DNA of 28,130 nucleotides from a virus (Duplodnaviria > Caudoviricetes), in IMG/VR virus record IMGVR_UViG_3300010354_000472, positions 1 to 28,130 of that record. One strand, 5' to 3'. The notes under the pieces were generated by a model. The model was not told where the DNA came from and ran no database searches. It worked only from the letters and a program-made list of their open reading frames with translations. This document shows positions 17,657 to 27,345 of the stretch, piece after piece. The translations under genes and the position numbers were made by a program. Positions within the stretch are counted from its first letter, which is position 1. Each line of letters begins with the position of its first letter.

Positions 17657-19252
17657 ATGCCCGCTATAATATCAGATCAGTTTAGAATCTTAAATGCAGA
17701 TAACTTTGTAAAAAGTGTTTCTGGAGTAGGTGATACTTCAAACAAATATTATACTTTTATAGGACTTCCCAATAGTAATAATTCAGCTGCTGGAGGATCT
17801 CCAACTTGGGTTTCAAATACCCCATCTCCTTTAGATGGATTTAGGGAAGAATTTCAAGTTAAAGAAAGTATCATATCTTTGAAACAAATTGCAAGTCAAG
17901 ATGTAAGAAGACTTGTTAGAAAAGTTACTTGGGTTGCGGGAAATACTTATGAAATGTATAGACATGATTATACTGTGTTTAATGTAACTTCGGTTACGTC
18001 TCAGACAAGTCTATATGAAGCAAATTATTATGTAATAAATGAAGATTTGAGAGTTTATATATGTTTGCAAAATGGAACTGATCCAGAAAACCCAAAAGGA
18101 AGACCATCCTTTGACCAACCAACTTTTATTGATCTAGAACCTAGAGCAGCTGGTGCTAGTGGAGATGGTTATATATGGAAATATTTGTATACTATTAAAC
18201 CCTCGGAAATCGTTAAATTTGATTCTATTGAATTTATTCCAGTACCAGAGGATTGGGGAAATACTGGAGAATCAATATCTACAAAAAATAACGCAATTGA
18301 TGGAAAAATAGAAGTAATATTGGTTAATAATAGGGGTTCTAATTATCAACCAATTTCAACATCTTTTTCAAATGTTCCAATTCTAGGAGATGGTTCTGGA
18401 GGAAAAGCTACAATAACAATCGATTCTTTTGGAAAAGTTTCTGAGGTATTTGTTACTGATGGGGGAAAAGGATATACTTATGGAACAATTCAATTTTATC
18501 CAGGAGCCCCTGGTTCTGAAATTACTGGTCCCTTACGTCAATTGAGTAATACTGGAATAGGAACTACATCTATAGCTTCTTTTAATGTCATCATCCCTCC
18601 AAAAGGTGGTCATGGATATGATGTTTATAGAGAATTAGGAGCATATCGAGTTCTTTTATATTCTAGATATGAAACTCTAGAAAGTAATCCAGACATTATT
18701 TTAGGAAATGATTTTGCTAGAGTTGGAATTTTGAAAAATCCAACAATAGTTGGAAGCAATAATCAACTATTGGATGCCTCTTTGGTTAGTGGATTGAATG
18801 CTTTAAAACTATCTGGAGTTACAACTAACACAACATATGGTGTAGATTCTGTAATTAAACAGACCGTAGGATTGGGTTCTACTGCAATTGGATTTGTGTC
18901 ATCTTGGGATCCAATAACAGGTGTTTTAAAATATTATCAACCAACTGGTTTAGCTTCAAGTGAAACTGGATTTAAAATTATCCCATTCACATCAAATCCA
19001 GATGTTGGATATGGATTAACAATTAATTGTTCGTCAATCATTGGTCCTACATTATCAATTAATTCTAATTTTAGTGGCGTAAGTACCACAATAAATAATA
19101 GAATATATCAGTTAGGCCAAGAGTTTGTAGCGGGCATTTCTTCTGCTGAATATAATAAAAAATCCGGTGACATTATCTATTTGGATAATAGGCAACCAAT
19201 TCCCAGATCAACTAATCAAAAAGAAGACATTAAAATTGTATTGGAGTTCTAA
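17657..19252 (+). CDS. gp8: Baseplate wedge subunit gp8
   Basis: MPAIISDQFRILNA.NF, YEMYRHDY, VYICLQNG, DGYIWKYLYTI, PPKGGHG.D...ELGA and terminal DNR.PI.RS..QKEDIKIVLEF are typical of cyanophage gp8. Confidence 0.92.
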   Translation: MPAIISDQFRILNADNFVKSVSGVGDTSNKYYTFIGLPNSNNSAAGGSPTWVSNTPSPLDGFREEFQVKESIISLKQIASQDVRRLVRKVTWVAGNTYEMYRHDYTVFNVTSVTSQTSLYEANYYVINEDLRVYICLQNGTDPENPKGRPSFDQPTFIDLEPRAAGASGDGYIWKYLYTIKPSEIVKFDSIEFIPVPEDWGNTGESISTKNNAIDGKIEVILVNNRGSNYQPISTSFSNVPILGDGSGGKATITIDSFGKVSEVFVTDGGKGYTYGTIQFYPGAPGSEITGPLRQLSNTGIGTTSIASFNVIIPPKGGHGYDVYRELGAYRVLLYSRYETLESNPDIILGNDFARVGILKNPTIVGSNNQLLDASLVSGLNALKLSGVTTNTTYGVDSVIKQTVGLGSTAIGFVSSWDPITGVLKYYQPTGLASSETGFKIIPFTSNPDVGYGLTINCSSIIGPTLSINSNFSGVSTTINNRIYQLGQEFVAGISSAEYNKKSGDIIYLDNRQPIPRSTNQKEDIKIVLEF

Positions 19253-19257
19253 TAGAA

Positions 19258-22200
19258 ATGGCACAAAACACTAATTTAAATACATCTCCATATTTTGATG
19301 ATTTTGATCCAACAAAAAATTATCAAAGAGTTTTATTTAAGCCAGGAACTCCAATTCAAGCAAGAGAATTAACAACACTTCAATCTATTCTACAAAATCA
19401 GGTTGAGAAATTTGGTAAACACTTCTTTAAAGAAGGATCTGTAGTAATTCCCGGAAACATTGCATATGATTCCGAATATACTTGTGTTCAAATTGATCCA
19501 ACTCACTTAAGTATCCCTGTAATAACTTATTTGCCATATCTAGTTGGAAAACAAATAAAAGGCGAGACAAGTGGAGTATTTGCCAAGATTGAAAACTATA
19601 TTACCAGTGAAGAATCTGAAAATGATACTTATACATTGTATATAAAGTACCAAAGTTCCAGTGAAACCGATTTTACACGCAACACTTTTGTTGACGGGGA
19701 AAATTTAATTGTTTTAGAAAATATTGATTATGGATTAGGGGTCATTAGATTAGAGTCATCATTTGCAACTACTATTATATCAAATTCAACAGCTACTGGA
19801 TCTGCTGCAAAAATAGAATCCGGTGTTTATTTTATACGAGGATTTTTTGTAGATGTTTTTCCACAGACTGTAATATTAGATCAATATTCAAATTTACCTT
19901 CCTATAGAATAGGATTATCTATTTTTGAAGATATAGCCGTACCCTCTCAAGAAAATTTCGACTTATTCGATAATGCCAGAGGATTTTCAAATTTTGCTGC
20001 TCCTGGAGCAGATAGACTTAGAATTGTATCAACTCTAATAAAAAAATCTTTAAACGATTTTAATGATGAAAATTTTGTCGAATTACTGAGAATTGAAAAT
20101 GGAAATATTAAAAGAATTCTAAAAAAAGAAAACATTCCTTCTCTAATAACAGATGAATTGGCAAGAAGAACATCTGATGAATCTGGAGATTACTATGTAA
20201 CCCCATTCAAAGTTATTGCTAAAGAATCATTAAATGACAAAATAGGAAATAATGGCATTTATAATCCAGATCAACTAACAAAACAAGGAAGTACCCCTTC
20301 AGACGACCTATTAACATTGCAGATTTCACCAGGAAAAGCATATGTTAAAGGATATGAAGTAGAGACTCTTGTAACAGTGAATGCCGATGTAGAAAAACCA
20401 AGAACCACCGAAACTGTTAAGGATGTAACTGTTCCCTTCAGTTTAGGTAAACAAGTAGAACTTAATAATGTTTATGGATCCATTCCTGTTGGATTCGGTT
20501 CAACTAGTCAGGTAACTTTATATTCAAATAGAACTGCAACTCCAGGACTGCCTTCTGGAATTCCTATAGGTGTAGGTAGAGTTTATGATTTAAAGTTAAA
20601 AAATAATGCATATACTGATGCTTCCACTGTTTTCGAAGCATCACTTTATGATTTGCAAACTTATACATATTTGACATTAAATGCCACTATAACTCTTTCT
20701 AAACCAGCATTTGTTGAAGGTAAAAATAGTTCAGCATCTGGATATTTAACCTCATCAGTTACAAATAGTAATCAAGTAATACTATATCAAGTTTCTGGAG
20801 ATTTTATTGTAGGCGAACAATTAAAAATTGATGGACAAGATGTATCCAGAACAATAATTAGTGTTAGAGACTATAATCTTGGTGACATAAGACAAGTAGT
20901 TGGATATGTTGGAACTACAACATCTTTTACAGCCGATACTGCAATAACTGTAGGAATTCCTATTGCACCACAAGGAACTAGTTTTACTATTTCTACAGGT
21001 TCTGGTGGAATAAGTACTGTAACAACCTCTTCTTCAACTTTTGGAGTAGGAATTAATACTGGAGATATTTTTGTTTATACTAAATCTGGAGAAATATTAC
21101 CGACTTATAATAGAGTCACTTCTGTAAATTCTTCTGCAAAATCTATAACTATTCAAGCAACTACAAGTGTTTCTGGTATTAATAGTGGAGGACTTCCTGC
21201 AAGTTCAACGACTACAAGTAGTTTGTTAAAGGGAGTTTCTACACTATTAAATTCAAAAGAATCATTTTTCTTTGCTGAGTTACAAAATCCAAATGTTGCA
21301 AGTGTTGATGTTTCTGATGCTGAAATAGTCTATAGGAAGTCTTATTCGGTAACTGTTGCATCGAATGGATTGACAGCAACATTAGAAAGTGATACTACTA
21401 TTACTTTAGAGCCGTTTGATGAAGAAGATTATTCTTTAGTATTTTCTGATGGTACTATTGAAAGATTAACTTCTAATCAATTTACAATTACTTCTGGAAG
21501 AACTTTAACTTTAGTAAATTTGAGTAAAAATGGTTCTGCAACTTTAACGGCTACTTTAAGAAAAAGAAGATTAAAGTCTAGAAAGAAAATTTATAATAGA
21601 TGCGCCATTTTAGATATCAGAAATTCTAGTACCCGTTCATCTGGAATAGGTAGTACAACTCTTAATGATGGACTAACATATAGTCCTTACTATGGGACAC
21701 GAGTACAAGACTCAAGAATATCATTAAATGTTCCAGATGTAATCTACATTGCGGGTGTTTTTGAATCTTCTAACTCAAATGATGCTGAATTGCCAAGATT
21801 AGAAGTTGTTGATTTAAATGCAAATATTTTAAATGCAATTAAAGGTGAAACAATTTACGGTCAATCGAGTAATGCAATTGCATTGTTTGTTTCTACTAAT
21901 GGTACAAATCAATTAGAATTTGTATATATTAATGAAAATACTTTTACTAAAGGTGAAAAAATTGTATTTGGCGAATCAAATGTTAGTGCTAGAATAAGTA
22001 CTTTGATAGAAGGGGATAGAAATATTATATCAGATTTTAATTTTGACGACGGACAAACTTTAGAAATAGCTGATTATTCATCACTAAGAAGAAAGTCTGG
22101 TGTAACTGCACCAACAAAAAGATTAAAAGTAGTATATAATTATTATTACATAGATCCAAATGATGATGGAGATTTTGTAACAGTTAGTTCTTATGAACGA

Positions 22201-25200
22201 GAAAGATATTCAAGAGATTTGCCAAGAATTTCTTATTATAAATCAAGTGATATTGTTGATTTAAGACCAAGAGTTAGTCCATATAATAACACATCAACTC
22301 CTTTTTCTCCATTTGAATTTGATTCAAGAAAGTTTTTACCTGCAACCAATTCAAGTCCATATAATTTTGCTAAAGATAAAGATTTATTTTTATCATATTC
22401 ATATTATCTTGGTAGAATTGATAAATTATACCTTAACAAATATGGTGAATTCTTTGTTACAAAAGGGGTAGCATCACAGGGTCCAATTTCCCCAAGCATC
22501 ATTGAAAATGCTATGGAAGTAGCTACAATTATTATGAACCCATATGTTTATAATATTAGAGATGTGACGGTGAAATTATCTTCACATAAACGTTATAGGA
22601 TGCAAGATATTGCAAGACTTGAAGATAGAATAAAAAACATCGAATATTACACTTCATTATCTCTTTTAGAAACTGATACTAAAAATTTAACTCTAAGAGA
22701 TTCTCAAACTCAATTAGATAGATTTAAATGTGGTTTTCTTGTAGATAATTTCAAATCAATACGTTCAGGATCTTTGGGGGATCCTCAACATAAGTGTAGT
22801 ATTGATACTAAAGAAGGATTACTTAGACCTCAACACTATACAACCTCAATAGACCTTCTTTTAGGTTCCGAATCGGTAACTGGATCATCAAATCTATCAA
22901 ATCCAGATGCAGATTTGAGATTTGTAAAAGATTTGGGAAATCCAAATACAGTCAAAGTTGGCGATGTTGTTTGTTTGAAGTATAGTGATGAAGTATTTTT
23001 GAGAAACACATTTGCAACTAGAGTTGAAAATGTTAATCCATTTAATGTTGTTAATTGGATTGGTGCTATAGAATTGAATCCATCAACAGACACTTGGATT
23101 GAAACTAGAGGATCAAAAAGGACTATAGAACAAGAAGGAAATTATGAGGCCACAATAAGACAATTAAGTGTTGATACTAATACAGGGCTATCACCAATAG
23201 AATGGGGTTCTTGGGAAACTACTTGGACTGGTACACAAGAAATTTCTAGAGAAAACGTACATACTATATTCCAAGGAACTACTTTTGTTGGTTCTACAGG
23301 CAACTGGTGGAGAGAAGAACAAACTTTCAGAGATCAATTCTTAACATTTACAAATTCTACAACTCTTACAACTACACAACAGTCTAGACAGGGTATTCAG
23401 TATAAAGTTGGTGAAAGAATTGATTCCGTTAACTTGGGAACTTCTGTCGTATCTACGGATATTATTCATGTAATGAGATCTAGAAATATTGAGTTCATAT
23501 CAAGAAGATTAAAACCAAAAACAAGAGTATATGCATTTTTTGATAACGTTGATATGAACAAATATGCTGTTCCAAAACTTATCGAAATTCAAATGGAAAG
23601 CGGTACTTTTACTGTTGGTGAAACAGTGGTTGGTACTGTGGGAACAACTTCAATTAGATTTAGATTAGCTACTGCTAATCATAAGTATGGACCATATAAT
23701 CAACCTGAACAGGTTTATGTCGATAATCCATATTCACCTACTCAATTAATACCTACAGCATATTCAACAACATCAACTATATTGAATGTTGATACCGCTT
23801 CTTTAGAATTACAATCTGCCTCAGGATTTTATGGACATATTATCCCAAATATGCAACTAAGAGGTGAGGTTTCTAAAGCAATCGCAAAAGTAACAGATGT
23901 TAGATTAGTTACTGACGCTTCAGGTACGTTAATTGGATCATTGTTTATTCCGGATTCTACATTACAATCTACTCCATCATTTGAAACAGGAACAAAAACT
24001 TTTACTCTCACAAGTAGTTCTACTAACACAACAATCGTTGGTGCTACTGATAGTATAGCTGATGTTAAATTTAGATCCTCTGGAACTATAAACAATACTG
24101 AAGAAGTTACTTTGAGGACAAGAAATGCAAATATTGAAAGAACTAGTAGAACTGAAGAAAGAACTTTAACGAATCGAGAAACAACATTAACAGCTGGAAC
24201 TACCTTTATAAACCGTACTGTAGTTCAAACAAGATGGGTTGACCCAATTGCACAATCTTTCGAAGTTCCAGATGAAAATGGAATTTTCATTACAAAATGT
24301 GATTTATTCTTCAAAACTAAAGATACTAATAATCTACCAATTACTATGCAAATCAGAACTATGCAAACTGGTTTGCCTACAACAACAATTATTCCTTTCG
24401 GTGAAGTTGTTTTAGATCCAAGTCAGGTTAATGTATCTGAAGATGGTAGAACTGCAACAACATTTACTTTCCCATCTCCAGTTTATCTTGAGAGTGGAAA
24501 TGACTATTGTGTAGTATTGATTTCGGCATCAAATGAATATACAGTATGGATTTCTAGGATGGGTGAAGAAGATGTAACAACATTGAATTTACCAGAGTCG
24601 CAAAAAATAGTTGTATCACAACAACCTTTATTGGGATCATTATTTAAATCGCAGAATGGCGCTACATGGGATCCTAGCCAATTAGAAGATTTGAAATTGA
24701 CTCTTTATAGAGCAAAGTTTGTTACTGGATCTTCTACGGTTAGATTCTATAATCCAAAATTGGATATTGGTAATAACCAGATTGTAACCCTAAGACCTAA
24801 TCCATTAGATTGCATTTCCAAATCAACCTTGATTGGATTAGGAAAAAGTTTAACTTCTTCTGAAGTCACTGGTTTAACTCCTGGAAGTCCAATTCTACAA
24901 AGTAACAATCAAACTTTTAGGTCTAATCTGAAGAGTATAGTTGGTTCCGTAGGAATTGGAAGTACGTTAGTAATAACTTCAGCGGGAACTGGGTTTACAT
25001 CTACATTTAAAACATATTCCAATGTAGATGCAATTTCAATGACTGGTTCTGGTTTTGGCGCTAAAGTAAATTTAAGTGTCCAAAATGGTGTTGCTATTGC
25101 TGCTACCGTTTCTATTGGTGGAACTGGATATGCTTATGGAGATTCATTGGAAGTTAACTATTCCCAAACAGATGGACTTGGTACTAATTTAATTCTTACC

Positions 25201-26742
25201 ATTCCAAATAATGTAGGAATCATCTCCTCTTTCAATTCTCTATTAGTAGATAGAGTACAGGGAACTCTGAATCAGAATACTGTAGACAGTCTGTACTATG
25301 TTGGTTCTTCTGGAACTTCACTTCTTTCTAATGCAACTGTAAATACTATAACTGATTTAACAGACGGATTGCACTTTAAAGTTAGTCATAATAATCATGG
25401 AATGTACTCTTCGGTTGACAAAGTTGCTCTTTCAGGAATTCAACCTGATCAAAAACCAGAAACATTAAAGGCATTATATGATTCAACTTCTACAAGTAAC
25501 ATTTCAGTAAGTTCTGTTGGAATATTTACAAGTTTTGAGAATGTTCCCGTTTCGTCTATAAATCCTGGATATATTTTAATTGATAATGAGGTTATTAGGT
25601 ACACTGGAGTAGTTACTTCTACAAATAGTTTAATTGGAATCACTAGAAATATTGATGACACAATTTCTGGATCATATGATGTTGAATTCCCAATCTTTAA
25701 ATATGAATTAAATGGAATTTCCTTAAGAAGAATAAATAAAACTCATAATCTATCTGATACTAATTCAGTTACTTATCCAAGTGATTTAGATTACTATTAT
25801 GTTAAGGTTGGAATGAGTAGTAGAGGTATTGATAGAACACCTGGAAATGTACTTGGATATCCTGCCTTGTATTTTAATGATGATAAGTCATGTGGATCAT
25901 ATGATACTGTTCCATTATTGGGATCTCCGAAGGGACCAAAAGCAACTCAAAACATACCATTTAATGTTATTCGACCAAATATTCAAACATTATTACCACA
26001 AAAAACATCTATATCCGCAAAAGCAAGAACGTTTAGTGGATCTACTCCAGATAGTGATTTAACTTCATTTGTAGATCAAGGATTTGCAGATATATCTCTT
26101 AATTCAAATAATGAATTTAATTCTCCAAGAATTATTTCTTCGCAAATTAATGAAGAAACATACTTGTCAAGTTTTCCTGGTAAAAAATCATTTACTATGG
26201 AACTGACCTTGACAACTCAAGATGAAAAAGTTTCTCCAATGATTGATTTGGATAGAGTGAATCTGGTTACTATTGCTAATAGAATTAACTCCAAAGTTAC
26301 AAATTATGCGGAAGATTCTAGAGTTAATTCCTTAATAGATGATCCAACAGCGGCAATTTATTTAAGTAATATTGTTATTTTGGATAAAGTTGCTGACAAT
26401 CTAAAAGTATTCTTTGACGCTTTCAGACATTCAACAAATGAAATTAGAGCATGTTATAGAATCTTTAGATCTGACTCTCCGGCAGAAGCTCAACTTTGGC
26501 AATTATTCCCAGGATATGATAATTTAGATGCAAATCTACAAGTTATTAATTCTTCCAAGAATAACGGAAGACCTGATAAAAATGTAGCAAGTTCTACATC
26601 TGAAAATAATTTCAATTCTTATGAATTTACAGCTTCCAATCTTCCACAGTTTAATGGATTCCAAATAAAGCTTTTAATGACGGGAACAAATTCATCTTTT
26701 GTTCCAAAAATTAGAGACTTTAGAGTTATTGCAACTATTTAA
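19258..26742 (+). CDS. vrlC: VrlC-like / DUF4815-domain large virion structural protein, 2494 aa
   Basis: N-terminal NLN.SPYFDDF...YQRVLFKPG.PIQARELT.LQS, APGADRL, ELARRT.DESGDY, RFK.GF.VDNF, DPIAQSF, LFKSQNGATW..SQ.EDLK and C-terminal F..FQIK...P.I.D.R.IA; follows gp8 as in cyanomyophages. Confidence 0.85.
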   Translation: MAQNTNLNTSPYFDDFDPTKNYQRVLFKPGTPIQARELTTLQSILQNQVEKFGKHFFKEGSVVIPGNIAYDSEYTCVQIDPTHLSIPVITYLPYLVGKQIKGETSGVFAKIENYITSEESENDTYTLYIKYQSSSETDFTRNTFVDGENLIVLENIDYGLGVIRLESSFATTIISNSTATGSAAKIESGVYFIRGFFVDVFPQTVILDQYSNLPSYRIGLSIFEDIAVPSQENFDLFDNARGFSNFAAPGADRLRIVSTLIKKSLNDFNDENFVELLRIENGNIKRILKKENIPSLITDELARRTSDESGDYYVTPFKVIAKESLNDKIGNNGIYNPDQLTKQGSTPSDDLLTLQISPGKAYVKGYEVETLVTVNADVEKPRTTETVKDVTVPFSLGKQVELNNVYGSIPVGFGSTSQVTLYSNRTATPGLPSGIPIGVGRVYDLKLKNNAYTDASTVFEASLYDLQTYTYLTLNATITLSKPAFVEGKNSSASGYLTSSVTNSNQVILYQVSGDFIVGEQLKIDGQDVSRTIISVRDYNLGDIRQVVGYVGTTTSFTADTAITVGIPIAPQGTSFTISTGSGGISTVTTSSSTFGVGINTGDIFVYTKSGEILPTYNRVTSVNSSAKSITIQATTSVSGINSGGLPASSTTTSSLLKGVSTLLNSKESFFFAELQNPNVASVDVSDAEIVYRKSYSVTVASNGLTATLESDTTITLEPFDEEDYSLVFSDGTIERLTSNQFTITSGRTLTLVNLSKNGSATLTATLRKRRLKSRKKIYNRCAILDIRNSSTRSSGIGSTTLNDGLTYSPYYGTRVQDSRISLNVPDVIYIAGVFESSNSNDAELPRLEVVDLNANILNAIKGETIYGQSSNAIALFVSTNGTNQLEFVYINENTFTKGEKIVFGESNVSARISTLIEGDRNIISDFNFDDGQTLEIADYSSLRRKSGVTAPTKRLKVVYNYYYIDPNDDGDFVTVSSYERERYSRDLPRISYYKSSDIVDLRPRVSPYNNTSTPFSPFEFDSRKFLPATNSSPYNFAKDKDLFLSYSYYLGRIDKLYLNKYGEFFVTKGVASQGPISPSIIENAMEVATIIMNPYVYNIRDVTVKLSSHKRYRMQDIARLEDRIKNIEYYTSLSLLETDTKNLTLRDSQTQLDRFKCGFLVDNFKSIRSGSLGDPQHKCSIDTKEGLLRPQHYTTSIDLLLGSESVTGSSNLSNPDADLRFVKDLGNPNTVKVGDVVCLKYSDEVFLRNTFATRVENVNPFNVVNWIGAIELNPSTDTWIETRGSKRTIEQEGNYEATIRQLSVDTNTGLSPIEWGSWETTWTGTQEISRENVHTIFQGTTFVGSTGNWWREEQTFRDQFLTFTNSTTLTTTQQSRQGIQYKVGERIDSVNLGTSVVSTDIIHVMRSRNIEFISRRLKPKTRVYAFFDNVDMNKYAVPKLIEIQMESGTFTVGETVVGTVGTTSIRFRLATANHKYGPYNQPEQVYVDNPYSPTQLIPTAYSTTSTILNVDTASLELQSASGFYGHIIPNMQLRGEVSKAIAKVTDVRLVTDASGTLIGSLFIPDSTLQSTPSFETGTKTFTLTSSSTNTTIVGATDSIADVKFRSSGTINNTEEVTLRTRNANIERTSRTEERTLTNRETTLTAGTTFINRTVVQTRWVDPIAQSFEVPDENGIFITKCDLFFKTKDTNNLPITMQIRTMQTGLPTTTIIPFGEVVLDPSQVNVSEDGRTATTFTFPSPVYLESGNDYCVVLISASNEYTVWISRMGEEDVTTLNLPESQKIVVSQQPLLGSLFKSQNGATWDPSQLEDLKLTLYRAKFVTGSSTVRFYNPKLDIGNNQIVTLRPNPLDCISKSTLIGLGKSLTSSEVTGLTPGSPILQSNNQTFRSNLKSIVGSVGIGSTLVITSAGTGFTSTFKTYSNVDAISMTGSGFGAKVNLSVQNGVAIAATVSIGGTGYAYGDSLEVNYSQTDGLGTNLILTIPNNVGIISSFNSLLVDRVQGTLNQNTVDSLYYVGSSGTSLLSNATVNTITDLTDGLHFKVSHNNHGMYSSVDKVALSGIQPDQKPETLKALYDSTSTSNISVSSVGIFTSFENVPVSSINPGYILIDNEVIRYTGVVTSTNSLIGITRNIDDTISGSYDVEFPIFKYELNGISLRRINKTHNLSDTNSVTYPSDLDYYYVKVGMSSRGIDRTPGNVLGYPALYFNDDKSCGSYDTVPLLGSPKGPKATQNIPFNVIRPNIQTLLPQKTSISAKARTFSGSTPDSDLTSFVDQGFADISLNSNNEFNSPRIISSQINEETYLSSFPGKKSFTMELTLTTQDEKVSPMIDLDRVNLVTIANRINSKVTNYAEDSRVNSLIDDPTAAIYLSNIVILDKVADNLKVFFDAFRHSTNEIRACYRIFRSDSPAEAQLWQLFPGYDNLDANLQVINSSKNNGRPDKNVASSTSENNFNSYEFTASNLPQFNGFQIKLLMTGTNSSFVPKIRDFRVIATI

Positions 26743-26746
26743 AATT

Positions 26747-26983
26747 ATGTTAGTACCTGTAGAAGGAAATATTGGGCTATTCAGAGATGAAAACTCTAAC
26801 GCTATCTTAAATTGTTCTGATTCTGATTATGAAAAATATTTGGAATTGAAAACTGAAAAAATAAAAGAAATTAATAGATTAAATGAACTTAATAATAAAG
26901 TTAATGAAATAGATCAATTAAAGACTGATGTGGGTGAGATAAAAGATATGATGAAATTGATTTTGTCTAAATTAAACTCCTAA
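26747..26983 (+). CDS. Small coiled-coil protein, 78 aa (conserved type downstream of vrlC)
   Basis: Start moved to ATG 26747 (MLVPVEGNIGLFRDENSNAILN) to remove the overlap with vrlC; C-terminal heptads INRLNELNNKVNEIDQLKTDVGEIKDMMKLIL. Confidence 0.8.
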   Translation: MLVPVEGNIGLFRDENSNAILNCSDSDYEKYLELKTEKIKEINRLNELNNKVNEIDQLKTDVGEIKDMMKLILSKLNS

Positions 26984-26984
26984 T

Positions 26985-26992
26985 CATAAATA
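26985..26992 (+). promoter_or_regulatory. Late promoter (CATAAATA)
   Basis: ATAAATA at 26986-26992, intergenic, 20 bp before ATG 27013. Confidence 0.72.
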
Positions 26993-27012
26993 CTTAAAAA
27001 CGGATTCTAATA

Positions 27013-27345
27013 ATGGCGGCAAGGAATGTAAACTTAGTTCTTGAACAAGGGGTTGACTTTCAAGCCACCTTTACTATCAGGAATACTAATAACGCACCAT
27101 TAAATTTAACTGGATATACGGGTATTTCTTCAATTAGGAAACATCCAACATCTTCAACAACATACCCATTAACATTAACTTTTCCCGATAGAATCAATGG
27201 AAAAATTGCAGTTTCTATGGGATATACTGCGACTGACGCGATTGAAGGTGGTCGTTATGTTTATGATGTTATTCTTATTTCTCCTAATTCTTACAGAACC
27301 CGAGCTGTTCAAGGAAATGTTCTGGTAACTCCCGGAGTATCATAA
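27013..27345 (+). CDS. Small virion structural protein, 110 aa (Ig-like/BppU-N-like beta sandwich)
   Basis: NL.LEQG.DF...F....PLNLTGY.....IRKH ... G.I ... GRYVYDV.L......R.VQG.V.V.PGV pattern of a common phage tail/baseplate adaptor family. Confidence 0.75.
   Translation: MAARNVNLVLEQGVDFQATFTIRNTNNAPLNLTGYTGISSIRKHPTSSTTYPLTLTFPDRINGKIAVSMGYTATDAIEGGRYVYDVILISPNSYRTRAVQGNVLVTPGVS

Noticed and set aside
467-25661. All minus-strand ORFs in the track (60-121 aa)
   Set aside because: They lie antisense to long, well-supported genes, have no recognisable motifs, and are the expected shadow of codon bias.
15456-26062. Alternative-frame + strand ORFs 15456..15701 and 25829..26062
   Set aside because: Embedded in gp7 and vrlC; Leu/Ile-rich frame-shift shadows with no SD or slippery site that I could support.
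4517-26742. Inteins, introns, homing endonucleases, DGR repeats or stop-codon recoding as the cause of the giant ORFs
   Set aside because: No intein splice or LAGLIDADG/HNH/GIY-YIG motifs, no near-identical DNA repeats noticed, and the frames are fully open in the standard code.
26699-26746. Extended non-ATG start of the 94-aa track ORF
   Set aside because: Overlaps the vrlC 3' end; ATG 26747 gives a clean 4-bp gap.
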